64,000 nt of DNA from an uncultured Verrucomicrobiae bacterium. Lineage in GTDB: Bacteria > Verrucomicrobiota > Verrucomicrobiia > Chthoniobacterales > JAATET01. Each line of letters starts with the position of its first letter. Position 1 is the first letter of the stretch. A program made the position numbers and the translations under genes. A model generated the notes under the pieces. That model did not search any database. It had not been told where the DNA came from and was given only the letters and a program-made list of their open reading frames with translations. The stretch lies in the NCBI GenBank assembly GCA_963803825.1, contig CAWDOJ010000011.1, positions 211,170 through 275,169 on the forward strand. Reading direction: 5' to 3'. Positions 56,560-64,000 of the stretch are shown here, one piece after another.

Positions 56560-59500
56560 GTGCCAAAAACCATCCGTATCCGCGGCGCCCGTCAGAATAA
56601 TCTACAGGGCATCGATCTCGACCTTCCGCTCGGTCAATTCATCGTCCTCACCGGACCCAGCGGCAGTGGCAAGAGCTCCCTCGCCTTCGACACCATCTAC
56701 GCCGAAGGCCAGCGCCGCTACGTCGAGACCTTCAGCCCCTACACGAGGCAATTCCTCGACCGGATGGACAAGCCGCAGGCCGATTCCATCGAAGGCATCC
56801 CGCCCGCCATCGCCATCGAGCAAGCCAACCACGTCAAATCGACCCGCTCGACCGTCGGCACGATCACCGAGATCAACGATTACCTGAAACTTTTCTTCGC
56901 CCGCGCGTCCAAGGCCCAATGTCCCGATTGCGCCCGCCCAGTCTCCCCCGAGACTCCGCAATCGATCGCGCGCGCCGTCGCCAAAGATTTTGCCGACCAG
57001 ACGATCCTGATCACCTTCCCCGTCCCGCTCGGCGAAGCCAAGTCGAGTTCCGCCAGGGACTTCTTCGAATTTCTCAATTCCCAAGGCTACCTCCGCGTCT
57101 TCCTCAACGGCGAAACGCACCGCACCGACGAACCCCCATCGAAGAAAAAGCTCCCCCCCATCGTCGACGTCATCCAGGACCGCATCGAAGTCAAAAAGGC
57201 CAACCAGACCCGCCTCTCCGAAGCCATCGAGACCGCCCTGCGCTTCGGAAAAAACCGCCTCACCGTATTTTCTACCACCCCAGAGTCACCCCTAACCACC
57301 CACCCGTATTCATCCACCTGGCACTGCGCCCACTGCGACCTCGACATCCGTCCGCCATCCCCGGGCCTCTTCACCTTCAATAACCCGCTCGGTGCCTGCC
57401 CCGCCTGCCGCGGCTTTGGTCGGGTGATCGGGATCGATCTCAACCGCGTGATGCCCGACCGGTCCCTCAGCCTCGCGCAGGGCGTCATCAAGCCCTTCCA
57501 GACCGGCCATTCCAAAGAATGTCAGGCCGACTTGATTCGCCACGCGTCGCGCAACGACATCGACCTGCACATTCCCTTCGAAGATCTCCCGGAATCGGAC
57601 CAACGCTGGGTGATCGAGGGTGAAGGCGACGCCGACACGACCGCTGACGAGATCTGGGACTCTGGCGCTTGGTACGGGATCAACGGGTTCTTCAAGTGGA
57701 TGGAATCCAAGGCCTACAAGATGCACATCCGCGTCTTCCTGGCTCGCTACCGCAGCTACCAACCTTGCCCGACCTGCGAAGGCGGACGCTTCCAGCCGGA
57801 GACGCTCAATTTCCGTCTCCACCCCACGGGCCTGACCCTCCCGGAAGTCGCCCGCACGTCCGTCGACAAGCTCATCCCGCTGTTTCGAGACGTCACCATG
57901 CCCCCGGGCGATCCTAGCTCGGAAGCTCCTCCGCACCCAGATCTCGTCCCGCCTGGGGTACCTAGCGGAAGTCGGCCTCGGCTACCTTTCCCTCGACCGC
58001 CCGACCAAGTCCCTCTCCGGCGGCGAGATCGAGCGCGTCAATCTCACGACTTGCCTCGGCGCGTCCCTCGTCAACGCCCTCTTCGTCATGGACGAACCCA
58101 GCGTCGGCCTTCACCCGCGCGACACGGGGCGATTGGTCAAGATCATCCACGCCCTCCGCGACAAAGGCAACACGCTGCTCGTCGTCGAGCACGAGGAATC
58201 CATCATCCGTGCCGCCGACCACCTCGTCGACATCGGTCCGGGCCGCGGCAAGGAAGGCGGCAAGCTTGCCTACTCCGGCCCCCTCATCGACATCTCCGAC
58301 CCATCGTTCGACACGTCGACGTCCCTGACCGCCGAATATCTGCAGGGCAAGAAATTCATCCCGGTCCCCGAAGACCGCCGCGAACCCCTCGAGTTTATCG
58401 AGATCGAGGGCATCACCCACCACAACATCAAGAATCTCGATGTCCGTCTTCCGCTCGGCGTTTTTTGTTGCGTCACCGGCGTTTCCGGTAGCGGTAAGTC
58501 CACCCTCATCCACGACGTTTTGTATCGCCAGATCACCGGCGAAGGCGTCGACGATCAGGAGCAGGCCGGACAATGCAAGGGAATCGACGGGGCGGAAGAC
58601 ATCGACGAGATCGTCATGGTCGACCAGTCGCCATTGGCCCGCAGCCCGCGCTCGACGCCCGCCGTCTACCTCGGCGCGTTCGACGCGATCCGCGCGCTCT
58701 TTGGCGGCACTGAGGAAGCCATCCAAGCCGGATTCTCCCCGTCCACTTTCTCGTTTAATTCCGGGAACGGTCGCTGCGAGCGCTGTGCCGGTCTCGGCTT
58801 CGAGAAAGTCGAGATGCAGTTCCTCTCCGACCTCTTCCTCCGCTGCCCCGAGTGCGACGGCAAACGCTACCAACCCCAGGTCCTCAAGATTCACGTCGGC
58901 GGGAAGACGATCATCGAGATTCTGGAAATGACCGTGAAAGAGGCCCTCGCCTTCTTTGCGGAACTCCCCGCCGGCGGCAAGCGCGCTACCCGTGGGCGCG
59001 GCGGCTACGTCGCCCCGCACTCCGCGATCATCGACCCGCTTCAGCTGATGGCGGACGTCGGACTTGACTACCTCTGCCTCGGCCAGCCGCTCAACGTGCT
59101 CTCCGGCGGCGAATCCCAGCGGCTGAAGCTAGTGAAGCACCTCGTCGAGCAACGCGACGAGAGCGCTCTCCTCATCTTTGACGAACCCACCACCGGCCTC
59201 CACATCGACGACGTCGCGGGTCTCCTCGGGGTCTTCCAGCGCCTTGTCGAGGAAGGCAACAGCTTGCTCGTCATCGAGCACAACCTCGACGTGATCAAAT
59301 GCGCTGATTGGGTCGTCGACCTCGGCCCCGAAGGCGGCGACGAAGGCGGTCAACTCGTCGCCGAAGGCACTCCCGAGCAAGTCGCCGAAGTCGAGGCCAG
59401 CCACACCGGACGCTTCCTGAAAGAAATCTTCTCCGGAACGTGCGCCCCGCTTCCAGCCGGCAGCCAACCCAACCGCCCAGCGCAAACTCCCGCCTCCAAC

Positions 59501-62098
59501 TGCATCTCCGTCCGCGGCGCCCGCGAACACAACCTCAAGGACATCTCCATCGACATCCCGCGCGACAAGCTCGTCGTTGTCACCGGCATGTCCGGCTCCG
59601 GGAAGTCGACCCTCGCATTCGACATTCTCTTTGCGGAAGGCCAGCGCCGCTTCCTCGACAGCATGTCGCCCTACGCGCGGCAGTTTGTCGACCAGCTCGA
59701 GAAGCCCGAAGTCGACTCCATCGAAGGCCTCCCACCCTCCGTCGCCATCGAGCAGCGCGTCACCCGTGGCGGCGGCAAGTCCACCGTCGCCACCGTCACC
59801 GAGACCTACCATTTCCTCCGCCTCCTCTTCGCGAAGGTCGGCCTCCAGTATTGCCCCGACTGTCACGTCCCCGTCGCCAACCAGACTCTCAGCGCCATCA
59901 CCACGCAGGTCCGCGAGATGGCGGGCAACGACAATCTGAAGATCTTTGCGCCGCTCGTGAAAGCTCGCAAAGGCTTCCACACCGACGTCGCCAAATGGGC
60001 CGAGAAACAGGGCTTCGCCACCCTCCTCGTCGACGGAAAGATGACCGCAGTCGACGGCTTCGAGAAGCTCGAGCGCTTCAAAGAACACACCATCGACGTC
60101 CTCGTCGGCGAAGTCCCCACCGGCGACGAGAAGAAGGCCGAAGAACTTGTCCGCCGCGCCCTCAAGATCGGCAAAGGCACCGCCCGCATCCTCGATCAAA
60201 GGAAGAAATTCCACCTCCTCAGCACGGAGATGAATTGCCCGAGCTGCTCCCGCTCCTTCGAGCCACTCGATCCCCGCCAATTTTCCTTCAACAGCCCGCA
60301 CGGCTGGTGCGAATTCTGCCGAGGCTTCGGCGAGATCTGGAAATCCAACGTCACCGACAGCAAAGACTTCGATAGCCAACTCGAAGCCGACCTCGCCGAA
60401 GAGCGTTCGTTCGAGCGCGCCGAGTCCGACGAGTCCCGGCCCTGCCCGGAATGCGAAGGCGCGCGCATCAATGACGTCGCCCGCTCGGTCCACGTCGGCA
60501 AGCACACCGTCGCCGATTTTATCAAGGCCCCCGCCGAGGACGCCCTCGTCCTCATCGCGGGCCTCAAGTTCGGCAAGAACGACGGCCGCATCGCCAAGGA
60601 CATCCTCGCCGAGATCTCCCAACGGCTCGAGTTCCTCACCATCGTTGGGCTCGACTACCTGAGCTTGGATCGTAGCGCGAAGACGCTGTCCGGTGGTGAA
60701 TCTCAGCGCATCCGTCTGGCCGCCCAGCTCGGCAGCAACCTTCGTGGCGTCCTCTACGTCCTCGACGAACCCACGATCGGCCTCCACCCCCGCGATAATC
60801 ACAAGCTCCTCGAAGCTCTCGAGCGCCTCTCGGGTAACGGAAATTCCCTCGTCATCGTCGAGCATGACGAGGACACCATGCGCCGCGCCGACCACATCAT
60901 CGACCTTGGTCCCCGCGCCGGTCGCAACGGCGGCCAAGTCATCACCGCCGGCAACATCGATGAGATCATGGCCTGTGCCGACTCGCTGACCGGGCAATTT
61001 CTCCGCGACCCGATCAAGCATCCCATGGTCGGCCCCCGCCGCCCGCTCGAAACGGTCAAAGATTGGATCACCGTCAAAGGAGCCTGCAAAAACAACCTCA
61101 AGGAGATCGACGTCCGCATCCCACTGCACCGCCTCACCGTCGTCTCCGGCATCTCCGGATCCGGGAAATCCACGCTCGTCCGCGGTGTCCTCGTCCCCGC
61201 CGTCCGAGCTGAACTCACCCGTGGCAAACGCAAGCTCCGGTCCGAGGATTGGGACAGCGTGCACGGAGTGGATAAGATCGGTGCCGTCCTCGAAGTCGAC
61301 CAGTCGCCCATCGGAAAGACCTCCCGCTCCACCCCCGCGACCTACATCAAGGTCCTCGACGAGATTCGCAAGGTCTACGCTCAGCTCCCCGACGCCCGGA
61401 TGCGCGGCTACACGGCCTCGCGTTTCTCTTTCAACAACGAAGGCGGCCGCTGCGAAAATTGCCAGGGCCAAGGCGTCATCAAGCTGGAGATGACCTTTCT
61501 CCCCACGACCTACATGCCCTGCGAAGAATGCCACGGCAAACGCTACAACGCCCAGACCCTCGAAGTCCTCTTCGACGGCAAAAGTATCGGCGACGTCATG
61601 GAGATGACCGTCGACCAAGCCGCCGAATTCTTCGCCAGCATCCCGAAGATCAAGCGCTCTCTCGATCTCCTCGTCGAAACTGGTCTTGGCTACCTTCAAC
61701 TTGGCCAAGCTAGCCCCACCCTCTCCGGCGGAGAGGCGCAGCGAATCAAACTCGTCACCCAGCTCGCCCGACGAGCCACCCCCAAGGCCGAAGCCCTCCG
61801 CACCACGCGCATGGGCAAAAGCACGCTCTACGTCCTGGAGGAACCCACCATCGGCCTGCATACCGCCGACGTCGCCAACTTGATCTCGGTCCTTCACCGG
61901 TTAGTCGAAGAAGGCGGCACGGTCGTCGTCATCGAGCACCACATGGACGTCGTCGCCGAGGCCGACTACCTCGTCGACGTCGGACCGGAAGCCGGGGTGA
62001 AAGGCGGCGAAATCCTCGCGGCCGGCACCCCCGAGCAGGTCGCGACAGCCAAACGATCCCGCACGGCTCCGTTCCTTAAGGAAGCTTTGGATAGGTGA
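56560..62098 (+). CDS. uvrA: tandem double UvrA-like ABC ATPase (two complete UvrA units in one reading frame); +1 break at 57913
   Basis: Four Walker A motifs: [66 protein letters not shown]. Four signatures: [36 protein letters not shown]. CxxC zinc modules occur in both units. Unit 2 starts near 59500 ([16 protein letters not shown]). ORFs 56560..58491 and 58088..62098 join at PPGD|[17 protein letters not shown]. Confidence 0.85.
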
Positions 62099-62457
62099 TG
62101 ATCCGAACATAAGGTCCCGAAGGAAACAAGAAGGGGTGAATGCATTCCCCCTCGAAGCCGTATCCTTCGTGACCTGGTGTTTCGACAGACGCGTCCCATT
62201 CACGGCCCCGGCGAAGGCCTGCGAGATCGGCGATCGTGCCGTTCTCCCGGAACACCGACGCCCCCCCGTAGCGGGACAGAGCTTGGCGGATGATGGGGTC
62301 GACGGGCGTGAGGCCTCTCCCATCGACCCACGACCGAAGGGACCTTCAAAATTGGCCACCATCTGGCCGATTTGCTCCCGTATCCAACCAAAGCCACCGC
62401 GCCACGCGATCTCCCTTGAATAAACGATTGCCAAGCACCGCTTTAACAAATCCAAAC

Positions 62458-62892
62458 ATGAAAAATACCACCCTACCACTTCTCGCAGCAGTTTCCGCCG
62501 CAAGCCTCGCCCTCACCGCTTGCGTCACCGAGCGCGTCATCGAGTCGGACCCAATCGATACGTCCGTATCCACCACTCGTTCCGTGACGTATGAGCCCGG
62601 CTACACGACCCAAAGCCTCCCGACGGGCTACACGACCCGCACCGTTTCCGGGAGCCAATATTACGTCGCGGACGACGTGTATTACACGCGCGGAGCGGGC
62701 GGCTACACGGTCGTCACCGCACCCGACATTACGTCCAGTGCTACCGTCGATCCCACCGGTCCCGGCTACATCGACACTCTCCCAGTCGGCTACACAACCC
62801 GCAATTACCAAGGCACCGACTACTACTACTCCGGCGGGCAGTATTACCGGCAGGATCCCCAAGGCTACGTCGTCACGACGAGTCCCTTCTAG
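62458..62892 (+). CDS. Tyr/Thr-rich lipoprotein with an internal duplication
   Basis: The ATG at 62458 gives MKNTTLPLLAAVSAASLALTAC (lipobox). Two modules: LPTGYTTRTVSGSQYYVADDVYYTRGAGGYTVVTAP and LPVGYTTRNYQGTDYYYSGGQYYRQDPQGYVVTTSP. Confidence 0.6.
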   Translation: MKNTTLPLLAAVSAASLALTACVTERVIESDPIDTSVSTTRSVTYEPGYTTQSLPTGYTTRTVSGSQYYVADDVYYTRGAGGYTVVTAPDITSSATVDPTGPGYIDTLPVGYTTRNYQGTDYYYSGGQYYRQDPQGYVVTTSPF

Positions 62893-62920
62893 GTCGCGTC
62901 CACCGGATTCAAGAGCATCT

Positions 62921-62955
62921 AACCCGCGCGGCTGAAACCCGCGCGGGTTTTTCTT
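62921..62955 (+). terminator. rho-independent terminator
   Basis: aacccgcgcgg ctgaaa cccgcgcgggtt, followed by tttttc, 29 nt after the lipoprotein stop. Confidence 0.65.
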
Positions 62956-63002
62956 GTGTCCCCAACTCCGCGACACCCCCGCCCCCCCAGCGCACCTCGC
63001 CA

Positions 63003-63044
63003 AATGGACCATGAAAGTGACGGCCGTCACCTTCATGGTCCATT
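63003..63044. repeat. 42-bp loopless palindrome
   Basis: aatggaccatgaaagtgacgg|ccgtcaccttcatggtccatt. The arms are complementary at 20 of 21 positions. Word content (catgaa, gtgac) resembles the 48622 hairpin. Confidence 0.7.
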
Positions 63045-63136
63045 CGAGGGCTGGGAAGAGGTGCATTTCGGTTTCTTCATGGAGTCACCAATGAAATACG
63101 AGCTAACTCCCTCCTAATTCACAACTTATCCACAAA

Positions 63137-63185
63137 ACCACAACCTGTAGTGGTCGGGCAGATAAAAACCACAACCTATCGCGAT
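63137..63185 (+). promoter_or_regulatory. candidate NrdR-box-like tandem sites upstream of the RNR gene
   Basis: accacaacctgtagtggt (63137-63154) is 14 of 18 self-complementary, with CACAA...TAGTG ends. accacaacct recurs 31 bp downstream (63168), and a third accacaac lies at 63195. Confidence 0.3.
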
Positions 63186-63349
63186 TTTTCGTTGACCACA
63201 ACGGACCTCGTAGTTCATCTTCCTCCCCGACCGCGAGAGGATCGCCCACCTGCTGGTGCCGGGCAAAATCTCACAGAATTGCCTCCCCCAGAGACAGTTT
63301 CAGACCACTTCACAACACCCAAACCGCGCCCAAACCACGTAGAAAAATC

Positions 63350-64000
63350 ATGGCCACCACGACAATCAAACTCGGCGATCGCACTTTCCACCTCGATAGC
63401 TCCAAGGCGGAAGCCGCCTACAACGCCAAGCGCGTCATCAACGGGCGTGAGACTATGTTCTTCAACATCCTCCCGCTCAAATACCAGTGGGCCTACGACC
63501 TCTACAAAAACATGGGTGCCAACCACTGGGAGCCCGAGGATGTCCCGATGCAGCGCGATTGCGAGCAGTGGCGCGACGCCGCGATCCCCGACATCGAGAA
63601 GTGGATCATCAAGATGGGCATCGGCTACTTCTCCGCCGCCGAGGGTATCGTCGGTGACAACGTTCTCCACGTTGTCCGCGAGGTCGTGACCGCTCCCGAG
63701 CTCAAGCTCGTCCTCGGTCGCCACGCCCACGAGGAAAACATCCACGCCGACAGCCTCGTCTACATGATCAGTTCCCTCGGCATCAATCCGCACGATTGCG
63801 AGGCGATGTTCGAAGACGTGGAGACGATCAAGAACAAGACCGATTTCGTCGTGTCGAATAGCCGTGCGCTGCGCCGCGACTCCGACCTCACGATCACCGA
63901 GAACAAGCAGGCCCTCGCGAAGAACATCTTCCTCTTCGGCCAATGCATGGAGGGCACGCAGTTCTACGGCCTCTTCGGCATGATTCTCGCGCTTTACCGG
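63350..64000 (+). CDS. nrdB: ribonucleotide reductase small subunit (R2), 3' end outside window; not in the supplied ORF track
   Basis: My translation of frame 2 from the ATG at 63350: MATTTIKLGD...AKRVINGRETMFFNILPLKYQWAYDLYKNMGANHWEPEDV...GYFSAAEGIVGDNV...GRHAHEENIHADSLVYMI...FLFGQCMEGTQFYGLFG. It stays open to the window end. Confidence 0.85.
   Translation, partial: MATTTIKLGDRTFHLDSSKAEAAYNAKRVINGRETMFFNILPLKYQWAYDLYKNMGANHWEPEDVPMQRDCEQWRDAAIPDIEKWIIKMGIGYFSAAEGIVGDNVLHVVREVVTAPELKLVLGRHAHEENIHADSLVYMISSLGINPHDCEAMFEDVETIKNKTDFVVSNSRALRRDSDLTITENKQALAKNIFLFGQCMEGTQFYGLFGMILALYR

Noticed and set aside
62077-62457. Possible small genes in the uvrA-lipoprotein spacer: plus-strand ORF 62136..62423, and an antisense reading ...SWVDGRGLTPVDPIIRQALSRYGGASVFRENGTIADLAGLRRGREWD....
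   Set aside because: The two candidates are exact antisense partners, neither has a convincing start codon or a recognisable family, and the minus-frame reading is interrupted by a TGA. It may be a decayed gene remnant, but I cannot support a call.
63150-63689. Listed ORF 63150..63689 (179 aa) and antisense ORF 63215..63943.
   Set aside because: Both overlap the unlisted, open-ended frame from 63350, which encodes an unmistakable RNR R2 sequence. Their own translations are low-complexity.

Overview
High-GC bacterial chromosomal window (roughly mid-60s % by eye). Gene content and repeat flavour suggest a Verrucomicrobia/Opitutae-like organism, but that is inference only. About 45 protein genes are supportable. 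I found no tRNA, rRNA or CRISPR. Housekeeping genes: serS, tilS, recQ, an orphan nuoD next to ndh, panE, a purine nucleoside phosphorylase, hisD, a phospho-sugar mutase, malQ, an HU/IHF-like gene, a 1,846-codon tandem double UvrA, and the 5' part of an RNR R2 gene that the ORF track misses. Accessory content: two tandem degenerate RAYT/IS200-like Y1-transposase elements with REP-like inverted repeats that truncated an NHL paralog; an orphan Phd/YefM antitoxin; a four-unit, ~192-bp higher-order tandem array that re-copies the 3' end of a badly frame-broken photolyase gene; and several twin 9/10-mer hairpin elements. The stand-out is a ~20.3-kb, 12-gene, same-strand array with overlapping starts and stops (47256 down to 26939). 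Its order is: FAS-like single-module type I PKS (KS-AT-DH-ER-KR-ACP, no TE), PhcB-like SAM methyltransferase, membrane HK-REC-HK, three REC-fusion proteins, lipoprotein SBP, Cache hybrid kinase, CheY-like RR, HisKA-REC-PP2C, RsbW-like kinase, EVE protein. An AI-2E transporter is transcribed divergently from it. I read it as a candidate lipid methyl ester (phc-like) signal synthesis and perception system wired to a partner-switching output; this is unverified. Caveat: at least 16 single-base frame breaks hit conserved genes. These are probably indel errors, less likely decay, so CDS coordinates that span a break are conceptual.
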